Source: Cycas panzhihuaensis
Taxonomy: Eukaryota > Plantae > Cycadophyta
DNA length: 64,000 bases
Direction: 5' to 3'
Assembly (NCBI GenBank): GCA_023213395.1
Contig: CM041465.1
Location: 96,107,741 to 96,171,740 of the forward strand
Position numbers and translations under genes: made by a program. Numbering within the stretch: position 1 is the first letter of the stretch; each line of letters begins with the position of its first letter. Below, piece by piece: positions 37,777-50,800 of the stretch. The notes beneath the pieces were generated by a model. The model was not told the origin of the DNA. It made no database searches and was given only the letters and a program-made list of their open reading frames with translations.

Positions 37777-40700
37777 CTACACAGGAGTAGGGATAGTCAC
37801 ACATAAAATAGGAGATAGGTGACGAAGGATAGGCCCCGTGTGGCTAGGCCTATAAGAAAACTTGTTATGGTTGGAACCAGATGAGTGTGATGGATATAAC
37901 ATGTAAGAGATCATGTGGTAAGGTTGCATCTGAGTAGGAGCGGCTCTGGTCCTGGGTGAGGATCTAGAGCGTGAAGAAGAAGCACCTCTACAAGTGGCTC
38001 GTCGAGGCAGACGCCTACATGAAATCACTCGGGGAGGGAAAGAAGGTGAAAGAAGTGACTGGTTCAGAACTAGCATCTTAGGAGCCAATGTAGAATGAGG
38101 AGAAGAGGGAACATAAGATTTGGATATCTCCCTAGGTATGCATGAAACCAGGGTGACATGCCAAGGAGGGGGCTTATAACCCTCACTATCCAACTCAGAA
38201 TCACCCATGATGGCTAAGTAACCATAATTACCTACACCAATAGGGGTAAACCTGACTAAGTTTAGCTCATGACAAGGCATAGGTTCCAATTGATGAAGGT
38301 TGGCCTCTTAAAACTGAGGCCCCACAGAAGGGATAGCCTCCTTAGGATCACTATCTCCATCATTGAAGATAACTTGGCAGGCTGGATGAGAAGTGTGAGA
38401 TGGCATAGGCTCATAGGCGACAACCTTAACTCGTCCTTCATGGACAAATTTAAGTTGCCTCTAATGTGAAGAGTATATTGCTCACATTTGGTCAAGCCAT
38501 GGTCGGCCCAATAAGAGGTTGTACTCCACAGTGATATCAAGTACAACAACTTCAACAAAAATGGTCTTCCCTCCTAAGGTAAGGGAAATGGAGACTATCC
38601 CTAAATGGGACTTCTCAGTCTTATCATACCCTTGGCATTTCCAAGGAACAGACTCAAGAGCTACTATGCCCAGCTCCTTGAGCATGCGCACAGGCATAGC
38701 ATTAACTGAGGAGCCATTATCTACGATGGTCCTCTTTATAATAAAATTAGGAGTGTCAATAAAAATGACAAATGGGTATTGTAAAAGCTTCTCCCATTCA
38801 CTGGGAGATGGGAGATCTTAGGGATTGAATGAGATGATAGGTGATCCATGAGAGGTAGCACCTACTGCATAGATGGAAGCATCTTGTTGGCCAAGAGCTT
38901 CAAGAAGAAGAGTGTGTTGCTTAAGATAACTTCTCAAGACATCCATCAAGGACATCCCCGTGGTGACAGTGTTAAGCTCATCAATGATAGAGAAGGACTT
39001 CCCCTTCACAGTAGGTTGGGGAAGATCCCTTTGAAAATCGTAATGGCCAAGATGCACGAGAATAGTCTTATGAAGTATAGGGACTTGTAGAGGAGAGACC
39101 TCCAGAAGAGGATCAAGATGAGATATGGATAAAGAGGTGTCGTTCGCCTCTTTGATTGCTTAAGACTAGGTTAGAGCATACAATGGAGTAGTCTCAAGCA
39201 ACTAAATGACCTTATATCCCTTGTTTCAAGATCATGAAGGTGAAGGAGTACGATGATCAAGGGAACCCAAGGAAGAGGATGAATTCCTCGCACCCTTCCC
39301 TTTAACTTGTGAAGGACAAGGGTTTAGGGATCTTCCTTAGTTCTAGTTGTTCTTTTTTTTATGGTTATAATTATGTTCCCTATGTTTGGGGAAGGGATCT
39401 CTATAAATGAGCTAGTTTAGTTTAGGCCTAGACGCCCATTTGGGGAAAAAATCACGTTGCAAGGCAGCTCCAAGACGCTAGGCCAAGTACTATGAATCTT
39501 CGTGGAAGCATTCTCCATGGATGGAGCACCATTTCTTCTTAAGGAAGGAATTGGGTTTCCTTGCTTGAGAGGACTGGGTGTTGCCACCCTTAAAAGGAGT
39601 ATTTTGGGAAGCCTGGTGGACTGGCTTATGAGATGTGGGGGATGAAGGAGCTTGGAGTTTGAGCTCCTTCATAGTACATTTGAATGAACGTATGGCTAAA
39701 GTGAGAGGATCTAAGGTCTTCTTGGTAGAATGAGAAGAGGACCTAGCAGGTTGCTAGGTTTTAGTTTCTCGTGGTGGTGGACGTGCCTCATGTCATTATG
39801 AGGGCTTTAGAGGCTTCTTGAGTCCAGCCTGGATCTCTATGGCCTCGAGTGCCAAGCACTTTACTATGGAGGAGATACACATAGTAAACCCATCTTAAGG
39901 ACTTTAATGTGGACTTCTAGGTGAAGGGCATTGACAAAGAGATCCCTCTTCAACTCCTCAGGCAAAATTGCCTTGGTGGAATGAAGAAGGTCATGGAAAC
40001 GTCTCACAAAGTCACGATTCACTTCATTGTGACCTTAATTAAGAGACAAAAAGGATTTCATCCCACTCTCAAATGGACAAGCAACATCACAATAATTAAC
40101 GAATTCATCCACGAGCTGCTGGAATGAAAAAATAGAATGTGCAAATAGGTGATAAAACCACTTGAGGGCATCACCTTGAAGGGATCATAGAAAAAGCTTC
40201 ATGAGAATGTGATCGTAGGCCCAGTAGTCAATACATACCATCGAAAAACTATGGACATGCTCTACTAGGTCCTGCAACAAAGTCCCATCGGATTTGGGGA
40301 CTTAAGAGGGTGAAGTGGTAAGTTAGTTCTTAACACCTCGATAGATAAGGACGTTGATCGATAGTCCATAAAGGGGCATGCCCTTGACTGGACCATGGTG
40401 TCAATAGAAGCTGGAAACGATGGTCAATAAGGCTACCTAAATCCTCCTTGGAGGGTTTGGTTTGAAAGAGGATACTGTCCTCCCACTATCTGGTGAGAAG
40501 GCACGAATCCCACATTCGAAGAAACATGCATAGAAGTAGATGGGTGAGATGTACCCATCCCTTTTAGAGAGAATTCTCTTTGTTTAGAAGAAGCTTGAGG
40601 GAAAATGCCTTGGGAGGGAGTTGATACTCCTTGCAAAAGTGCAATGTGAGGTGCCACACAGGATGGCAGAAATGAGGTGTGAGGGACTAGATTTTACCCA

Positions 40701-41587
40701 TATGGGCTACCTGTGGATGGCGTGACCCCATAAGGGTGCAAAGGGTCTACCCCATAAGTAAGTAGGGAGTTCCCTTTACCGTGCCCCCACAGTTGATTGG
40801 TATAACTAGGAGGCACATAGAGAGAAGAGTCCCTAGATTGGTGTAGGGAGTATGTAGGGGCAGGCCCCACGTGACTAGAGGTAGGAGGACATGCAGGTCC
40901 CCTAGGTCTAGTAGGTGATGGATAAACGATGGTGGGAGGAGGGCTAGTCATTTAACTAGATAGGGGCATGCTCAACCTGAGTTAAGAAGAAGACATACCC
41001 TAAGTGGTTCCCAAGGAATACACACCTTAGGGAGAAGAGGAGAAGGTGAGAGGTAGGCTCATTGTAGGTAAGGAAATCGAATGGGATAAGCGAGGTGAAG
41101 GAGACATAAAAGAAGGAAGCATAATGCTTCATAAGACATTCTCAAACCACTTAGGGTGTGGTTGGAGATGTGCGGCTTAGAAACATTGACTTAAGGCTTA
41201 TACTACATCAGCGGGAGGGGTATCCACCTGATCGTAAGAGGTGGAAGGAACCTTGTATGAAGTGGACCCTATAAGATGATCCTCACGGGGCTCACCATAA
41301 TGGTGGTGAAACTCTAAAGGAGACAAAGGCTCTACTTCATGAGTAGAGGAATGGTGAGATTGCCGGTGTTACTAGTCACCTGGATAAAAGATGGGATCCT
41401 CACTTCCTTAGGTGGATACTTGGAAGGAAGTAGAGAGCACAAGGGAATCATACACATAAGCATGGTATGTCCAATCTGAAAGAGATCCTTCCATAATCAA
41501 ATCAGGATCTGATATAGGAAGGGAATGATATGAGGGTTCTTCTAACAGTAGAGTTAGACCTCATAAGCGACGTGAGAATCATCACAT
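37777..41587 (-). pseudogene. gag: Element B gag-protease ORF ending in the PR-RT spacer; RT, RH and INT absent
   Basis: KKWCSIHGECFHEDS, IVDNGSS, LLLGRPWLDQM; then joins directly to the post-pol motif at 37725-37743. Confidence 0.9.
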
Positions 41588-41729
41588 GCAAGTTTTGCCT
41601 ATGTGATAAAAGAAAAGAGAAATAAGGTAGTGCACACATTGGGGGCTGCCCAACAAGAACAAAAGGGAAAGCTACTAAGAGGAAGTAGCACTAATAGGAA
41701 GGGAGAAAGACTAATTCCCTTATGGCAGG

Positions 41730-41747
41730 TCCCCAGTATGGTCTCAA
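41730..41747 (-). promoter_or_regulatory. PBS of element B
   Basis: TTGAGACCATACTGGGGA next to the LTR end. Confidence 0.8.
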
Positions 41748-41748
41748 G

Positions 41749-44700
41749 TGGGATCATGTCTATGGGATGGTAACTACACCTAGTTAGGATTAGGTTGGTT
41801 AATGGAAGGCTCTGAAATAAAGAGTCAATTCAACAAGTGAAGGGAATCACCCGCATAGGGCATCTATGTGTCGAAACACAGGTTCAGGACCCACAAATGG
41901 CGCATAACTTTCATCTAAGTAACTTAGTTTTGGTTTTGGGGGTAGCACAAGTGAGGGATATCCTCAGTTTCTTGAGTAACCTCAAAATATAGGTCTTCCT
42001 TCCCTTGGATGGTTAGAAGGGAAGGGCAAGACCCAACGAGAGGATGGATAGAGTATATGTAGCCAACTGGTGCAGGAGGTACACGCCCATAAGGGTGGTG
42101 TTAAATAACCTCATGCATGGGACCAACCCAAAATAGAAGGTGTCAAGATTATTAAGTTGGTATGAATGTGATGGGGTTAGAGGAGGGTGTACCAGAGGAT
42201 GAATCCTCCTTGAACTAACTAACCTAAAGTGAGTTCGGAGGAGATAAGGGCAATGGCAGAATGAGCTCTCACCATCCTATAAGTGAAGGAGTCTACCTTT
42301 GATGTGTAATAGTGAAATGGTGTTTAATTAACTATATGTGCAAACAAGAGATAAAAGAAACAACAAATATACTCTCTCTCATTCTTTTTTCAAATGTGAA
42401 CCCTCACTCTCTTTTTACTTTAAATAAGAAATAAAGGGAAATGATGGAGGCAATCCAATCTAGCACAAAACATGCATGCTAAAGATGCAAAACCTAAGAG
42501 GTTGTATGCAATCGAATGGAAAGAGGAAGGGGATATCTCCTATCCCGTGCTCTTTCCTAAAATGTAAGTGTAGCATGCATATGTAAAAAAGAAGGTACAA
42601 ATTAGTTCCTTTTTCTCCTTTTCCTTTATGTTTTTATTATGCAAACATGCAAACCTAAAAGGTAAGAAAAGAAGAGAGATAAGAAAAGAGGAGGGCGGCA
42701 TACCTGGAAAGTTATGCGACTGAAACAAGGTTGTTGTCTTATGCCACACTTGCTTCTCCTTTTCCTTCCCCCAACACGTAGGTAATGTAGAGCGATAGCA
42801 TTGGGGCTCCCTTACCTTCCCTGAATTGCAAAGAAAAGGCAAGAGAAAACAAAAAGAAAGTCTATGCTAGAAGCAGAAAAGACCAAGGAAAATAAGGGTA
42901 AGAGACGTACTAGGATTGAAATGTTTCATCCTTCTCTATGAGCGACTTAGTAAAACCTGCAATCACAAATGTTCTCTACCCTTTTCCAAGGGGCTCCTAG
43001 AGTGCCAAATAAATATATATACGTAGTTGCAAAATGCTAAGAATGTTGTAAGTAAAAGCACTTTAAATCAAGTAAATTCCCAACCAAGGAAACAAATTCC
43101 AATCTCCTCAAAAGCAAGTGACACAAGATAAAGGACGTGGATGGTTAGCCTCAGAATGGCTAACCCTCTAATGAGCACACCTCCACACTGCCTCTAAACA
43201 TAGGAACAACAAGTTGGGATCACCTAATTAAAGCAAATGATGAGAGAAACAAATAGCATATGGTTTGTAAATACCATCTATATTGAAAGTGTTACTATGT
43301 GCAGCAATTTTCAACTTTGATCAAGCCAAGACCCAAAGTCAATATGTGATACTACTCGGGGCTAGAAAATCTGCCCAAGTGAGGTGCTCAGGCTTGGAAC
43401 CAGTGTAGCAAGAGGCTACATACATTCATACCAGTGATTGCCTCTTTCTGGGAACTCCCTGGTAGACCAAGAAAGGCACAAGAGAAGGAGAGGAAAAGTG
43501 GAGAAGGGGGTTTCCCTTGAGGAGCAGGCCTAGTTAGGTATGGAACCCACCTTGGCTCCTTTCTCTCACTCTTTGAGGACCTCTCCTCATAGCCTCCTTA
43601 GAGAAACCAGGAGAAAGTAGGAAGGTAATGTGGATAGAAAAGGAGAAATGGAGGGAATGCCTCCTATACGTACTGGAAAGTTGTAAAATGAAAGATATAC
43701 CAAATGATCCAATCTCTTTTAAGGAAGTTTAAAAGGAAAAAACATGAGGTGGTACCTACTGGGCTGGATTAGTAATAGGTCTGCCTGAGAAAATAGTAGG
43801 AAATGATAGATCTATGGTGCTTACAGGTGGATCCCTATGAGCACTATGAAACCTAGAGAGAATCTTGCTAAAACTTGTTGATAGAGCGTGGAGGTAAGAC
43901 TTGGAGCATATCCTTACTTTGAGAAGCTTGTCCACGAGCTTGCTATCGTGGATCTAAGCTAGAGGAGGAAAATCTCAGTCTAGAACATAGGAATCTCAGA
44001 TGTTGTAGGGCGTTCTTGTAGAAAATTGCCTATGAAAGTAGGAGAAGAGAGGAGAGTATGTGGAAGAAGCGGAAGAAAATGAAGTTCTTTTGGGTTTTAT
44101 ACCTAACCCTAACTTAATTGGATGATTAGGGTTAGGCTAGGACTCAAGGGATGACTAAGCCATGTGGCAATTTTCTCAAAAAAGTGAAATTTTCCATGGC
44201 AGATTTAAAAAAATGATTTGTGATAGTTGCCCCATCGTAAACTTTATGGTACCGTAATATTTATTGCAGTTCAGTGACAGAAGCAAAAATGAGAGAAGAA
44301 CAGGTACTCGGGAGCCCTAAAGGAGGTCACACCAGGTCTAGGAGGGGTCAACCCTTTGTCCAGGTGTCTAGGGATAGTCATATAGAAAGGATGACCTAAA
44401 CCGGATGGGGTACTGGGGAGGTAGGGTTCCCAAGAAGCTAACAAATGGATAGGAATGTACCAATCATACCTAACAGGGTACTAAGAGCTATGATGTGGTA
44501 AAGAGGGTGTGAACGGATCACACGGGTTAGTTGTTGCTTGAGACAACATGGAGGTTCATAGAAGGGTTATGGAGTGACATGGGGATGCTTGTCCCATAGA
44601 TCATCCTAGGCTGAAAGAGTGTCAAGCAATATGATTAAGTAGCAGATACAAGATGATCACTTAAATGTATCAGTCAGTCGTGCAATAAAAGGATGCTTCG

Positions 44701-44800
44701 GTTTACCTCTCTAGAGAAGTAGTAAAGGTAAAGGATAGAAGCATACATGTACTTACCTAAGTCTACTTACCAAGAACCCATTCCTAGTAGCTAGGAAATA
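41749..44800 (-). repeat. Element B 5' LTR (3052 bp)
   Basis: Matches the joined 13291-14050 plus 30651-32909. Confidence 0.93.
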
Positions 44801-45304
44801 GATTCCATAAGCAAATACACTCTAGGGTAAATTAAGATATGCCTTAAATAATCTTAGATGGTCTAAGCTATTGTAGGAGGGCTAGGGATCCCAAGGATAT
44901 CCTCGTAAGTATGGATGATCAATGCCATGGGAAATGTAATAGTAGCAAGAGATTACTCAATATATGAAGGGAGTAAAGTGGGAATTAATTGACATCACTA
45001 AGACTTAGGCTTGTGTATACACTTTAATTGTAATAATAGGTTAAACATGAATCCCATAAGTGGCTTTGTATTAGTGTCCTAATAAGTTTCCACTATTTAT
45101 TTTTGTCCCTAAAATGTTAAGTAGGTTTTGATCACAACTAAGGCCATAATGGATCCAAATAGCTAGATTTACAAGTCCTAAATAAACTACCTATGTATTC
45201 AGACCCAAAATATAAATAGTTAGTGGGGATGAAGCTAATATGTGACTTGCCCTAGATACCAAGAAGGCGGTGAGAGGTGTACACACATACACACACACAT
45301 ATAA

Positions 45305-45448
<144 letters not shown>

Positions 45449-46744
45449 TTTTTTTTTCCTTTCTAACATAGAAAAGAGCCATGGTGATTAGCCAACTCAT
45501 GGGGGACTAGGTAAACCAAAATATGATAGTCTATTTTTAACAAAGCAAAGACATAATGGGACTTGACACACTAATAAAGAGGGTTGAACCATGGGGGAAA
45601 CATAGACAGTTCATATGAGTGATCTCTAAGCATTTTTATATAAGACATGAGTGGAATGAGATCCTCAAAGAGGCAACCATGGGAATCTTAAACCATCTAC
45701 TACAATGAGGATAAAATGGGATTGTTATCAAGGAGCACATCGCATGAGATAACTATAGCGAGTACAAGTCACGGGTCACAATACTGGGTCACTTGAAGGC
45801 CAAAAGATCATACACAGAAAGCTAAAAGAGAGTAGTAGGAATTCTTATGGCTTGCAGAAGGAGATGTTGATAGTAATGAAGGGTTTGTATGCTAACAATG
45901 TGATAAAGAAGAAGCCACAACACTAAGAGAATTGGCTATAAGGATGGTTATACATGAAAAAGGGTTACCTCAAGGTCTAAAAGGGGCCAAAGTCATTCAT
46001 GAGAAGAAGGGGTTGAGTAATATCTAATAAGAGAAAGGCCTATTAGGCTATGAAGTTTAGATTCAGGGTTGTAAAACAGTCCAATAGACTATAAACAATG
46101 ATATATTAGGAGATAGTTATCTCAAGGTGATAAAGGGTGATTGCAAGTCATAATAGGGATCATTAATGACTTGTATTAATTACTAAAAAATGGGGTACTT
46201 AGGTCATAAAATAGAAATGAGTAGTGGAGTGAATACTAATAATGATGACATAAGGGTGAAACTCAAGCAAATAATGTCCTAATAAGATAAATAGGAGACA
46301 AAATGGATACTTGAGGGCTAAGTTATAGCCTTAATAAAAAAGGGAGTTTGTTTACTTTTAGGTTTTCCTTTTTGTTTATGAGTTATAAATTTTGTAAAGG
46401 AAACCTAACTATTTTTCAACCCACTGACCTTCTTAGAGTGATAATAAGCAAATTGATCATCGAAATTGAGCATGGGTGGATTTGTTAGACTTGGGATGAA
46501 GCGATGGCTAGGTAGACACCAGACCTAGTAGGCCAAACTCATGACTTCCCTTGCAATTTTGATTTTTCTTTTTTTTGAGGGGGGGGAGGGGGGGGTTTAA
46601 TAAGGCCATACCCTAGTTTTTGTGTTTTTGGCTAAATCAAGTCTAATTTGGGCTTTATTTGAAGAACAAAATGAGAATGCAAGACTTTGTTTACTTGGAG
46701 CAAGACTTGAATAAATCCACTATGTTTGTTAGAGTAGGGATTAT

Positions 46745-47043
46745 ATCCCTTCTCATTTTGTTTATCTCTTGGCATTGTAAAATTTTTTTTTTTTAATATT
46801 ATGTTATTAGTTTGGTTCAGGGTAGGTAAGTGGTGCCCCTTACCTCAAAACATCTTGGTAGAAAAGTGGTTATAAGGCAATGTCAAGAAAAAGGATTCTC
46901 ATTGGTCACCTCTATCACAGGTACCTTTACCATCTTTCTCCTATCTCTATCTCTTGTTGTACATAAGCTCCATCTCTCTAGTTATGTATATCTTCTATTC
47001 CCTTTGTTTTCCTTTATTTAAAAGAAAGTGAGGAAAGGGAGAT

Positions 47044-47085
<42 letters not shown>

Positions 47086-47727
47086 GTAGAAAAGAAAGAA
47101 AGAGTTACATAATTTCATCCCTCTTCAAACTCCCCCCTTTGTCCTTTATTCCTCTTTATCTCGCTTTGAAACGATTACAAAGAAAAAATGAAAGAAGAGA
47201 GATTAAAAGAGAAAGAAAAGAGAGTGAGATTTGATATATCTTGTATATTGCTTTTGTTTTTCTACTTGATTGTTTCTTCTTTTTATAACATGTATATGAA
47301 CAACCCTCACTAAGAAAGAACCTTAAGTAGGATACATATTTACCTTTTAACATAAAATAAGACAAAGTAACAACCCAAACCCTTTTGTATTCTTCATCTA
47401 TCTTCTCCATTATGCCCTCTCCCTTCGAGAGGGTCCCTTTTGACCATCTACCATAAGAGGATAGGAGAAGCCCTACTTAGGCAATCGAGTAACTTGAGGA
47501 ATCTAAGCTACCCATATCCTATACACTTGTCTACTACTAAAACTTGTGGCCTTATATGTAAAGAAGGGAACACATGCTACATAAGTCCCAAATCTATGCC
47601 CAAGTAGCGCACGAATGCCATTTCTAGGCAAATAGGATCTATTCTACATCCCTTAGGCCCCACACCTTAGGCCTATCATCCACAGGTATGTAGTTGCATC
47701 TTGTTACCCCCAGTAAGTGTGCTTCCA
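46745..47727 (+). repeat. Element D 5' LTR (recognisable 3' part)
   Basis: Homologous to ~11995-12978; ends CTTCCA before the PBS. Confidence 0.8.
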
Positions 47728-47728
47728 T

Positions 47729-47746
47729 TAGTGACCATACTAGGGA
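47729..47746 (+). promoter_or_regulatory. PBS of element D
   Basis: TAGTGACCATACTAGGGA, a decayed version of the family PBS. Confidence 0.8.
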
Positions 47747-47895
47747 CTCGCCAGTAAGGACACCTTAGGTTTCCTTTAGTTGCCTTATTCTACCCTCTTC
47801 TTCCTTCATAGGGTCTTATTAGGGCATTACATTATTCCATAACTCTCCTTTTAGATTTATTCTCCTACTTGTAAGGTTCTTAGGTAAAGATATGA

Positions 47896-50800
47896 ATGTG
47901 ATGTTTCTCTCATTGCCTACATAGTCTCCTCCCTTTAGAAGTAGATCCATCTTACTCCCCTATTACTACATCTGACCAAGAGTCCCTAGTGGAGGGTTAC
48001 CCTTCTAATTAGGCTAGTGACCCTTGTGTTTCAAATTAGCCTCATTCCAAAGGGCCTTCCTCCTATTTTGATCTTACTTAAGTTGGTGAGGATCTTACCT
48101 ACTATCACATTGAAATAGTTAAAGGATGCTAAAACCCTTGATTGCTTCTTATGCATGTCATAGGAATCCATCAACCTAGGGATCCCGCTTCATGTTATGA
48201 AGGTGTTCCCCTAAACTATCCATCTTATTTTGATTAGTAAGGGAAGGTTTCCACCTCCCATGACCATTCACATGCTTCCTATAGGGACATAGTTAAAGCC
48301 TTATAGGAGTGCTCTGAGGTTGTAATTATGCAACCCCTCCCTAAGTGATTGCATAGGTTCCTTCAAACCTTAACTCCCCCATCTTCCATTGTTCCCCCTC
48401 CTTCATCTCTCTCTTCCACTTCCTTTACCTTGCAAGATGTAGTTCCAATAGGCCATGTTTCCACATGCAGCCCTCCTAGCCAACTGACCATTCTAAGTAT
48501 ACAAACCCCTCTAATGGGGGTAAGTATGCCCTCACTTTTGACAAATATAACCAAACCTATTACCACACCTACCCCTTATGATGCCTCGATTGTGCCCTTT
48601 CTTATAAGCCATACAGGATATAGGGGCACGACTTTCATCTATGTATGGCCACCACCCATGGGCCCTTCAATCTTTATCCCTCTAAGATACACATCTCAAC
48701 CCTAGGGGCATGGGGGATCAAATCCCCTTCTGACATATGGGGTTGATCCCCTTCATCCTTATGGGGTTACCCCTCCCCTTTGGGGTTTTTATGGTGGGTA
48801 AAACCCCATTTTCCATCCTACATCCTATCAACTTTGTTATATACCTCATGTAGGTACTTCCTCACATGTTTCTCTCTCCTCTCCTACAGGAGTGTCTCCT
48901 TGACCTTTGCACCCCCATGTGGCTTACCCTCAAGGTGTGGCAAGACCCCCTTGTCTACCTCTTTATTCAATGATCTCCCATGCAAGGCCCACTTGCTCAT
49001 GCCCACCAAGAGGGATATCCTACCCTCCTACCTCTTATGACCCTTTCTAATAAGGGAACTATCCCCATGACACCACCCCTTACTCACTATATGTAGGAGG
49101 TGGGCATCTATATTCAACATTCCCCCATTCTTATGTTGGTTTGTTGGCCCAATTAGGGACCCATCCTTTTGTTGACTATCAATCAACTCCTTTATCCATT
49201 AAGGTGTTAAGAACCAACTTGCCATCTCACCCTCCCAAGGTGCACAAATTTGAAAGTGCCTCTTCCCATGACCCAACAAATCATGTCAGAGTGTTTATCA
49301 TGGCATGCATAGATTATTAGGCTCATGATCACATTCCAATGAAGTTTTTTTCTCAATCCCTCTAGGAAGATACCCTTAAGTCATTCTATTGTATCCCTGC
49401 CCACTCCATTTACACCTTTGAATAACTAGTTATAAATTTATCAACTACTTTGATGTGGCTTAACCCTTTGAAAGTGGGGCCAAAGCCCTCTTATCACTTA
49501 AACAAGGCCACAAGGAGCTCAAATGTGACTTTGTGAGGCAATTCCATGACCTCCTCCACTCTTCTAAGGCAACTTTACCTAAACAGATGAAGAGGGATAT
49601 CTTTGTTAATGCCCTATGCCCCAAGGTACATGTGGAAGTCCTCAAGATGGGAGTAATGATGTGTAATTCTTCCATAATTAAATACTTGGCACTAGAAGCT
49701 ATTAAGATCCAAGCAAGTCTCAAGAAGCTCCTAAGGTAATCGCAACACCATGAGGTAGCCCCTCCACCACGCGACTAAAAGGGTTAGCAACAACCTCTAA
49801 GGGCTCTTACTAGTACAATTGATAAGACTATGGACCCTTGTACCTCTATCTTATATTCCTTTAAATATATAGTCTAGGATTTAAAGCTCTAACTAACCTA
49901 AGCTTCTTTAGAATTGCACTGACCTATGCACCAAATATCCCAAACTTTTCCACCTAAAGGTGGGAGTGCCCAAACTTCTTAAGGGATGAAGGCAAGACCT
50001 CCTCCTCAAAAGAAGTATTATTTCGTATATGGAGAATACTTACACGAGGATTCATAGTGTTGGTTGCAACACCCTGAGCTTGTACCATACTATGATTCCT
50101 CCTCTAAAAGGGCCTCTAAGCCCAACTTAGAGTAGCCTATTCACTAGGACCCCTTTCTAAAGCATGATGAATAAGATTAATCTACCCAAAGTAAGAGGGT
50201 AATAAATAGAAGGTACTATGTTACCCCTTAGACCAAGCAAAGGGGAAGGGACCAAGGGATCTGTCCCCTCTATTGATCCCAAGATCTCAATGCCCTTTAT
50301 CCTCTAAACCTAGTAACAAAGGGAAGAGGGTGATCCAAATGCTTGAGATAACTCAAGTGTACCCTGTCACATAATCTCAAGTTATAAAGGAGGCTGATAA
50401 AGCCTCCACCTCATAACAAAAACCTTCCATAGACCACCCACCTATAAAGATACCTATGGTCTCAAAGACCATCCTTATCCATCCTAGGCAATATGACTTC
50501 TGAAGAGTACTTCCTTAACCTACTAGGAAGGGGAAGGCATTCTCTATTATCAAGGAGCTTCACATTATGTCTATAGGCATGTCCTTGATGGACATTGTGC
50601 AGAGTTATCCCAAGTAATGGGCTCTTCTTCTATAGGTCCTTGGTTAAAATGATGTCCCCATCTATTTTGTGGCCATGACCTCTCAAGGTTCACCCATTAT
50701 TTCTTTTGACCTAAGGGACCTTCCTTCTACCAGTGAGAGGGAGATCCATTGGAACTACCTTTTCACCATTACTATTAACACTCCTAAGTTTACTTTGAAG

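Larger units (their letters stand above)
13291..44800 (-). mobile_element. Element B: two-LTR Tat-like element lacking RT/RH/INT, interrupted by element C
   Basis: TSD GATTC at 13286-13290 and 44801-44805; paired ~3.0-kb LTRs; PBS and PPT present. Confidence 0.93.
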
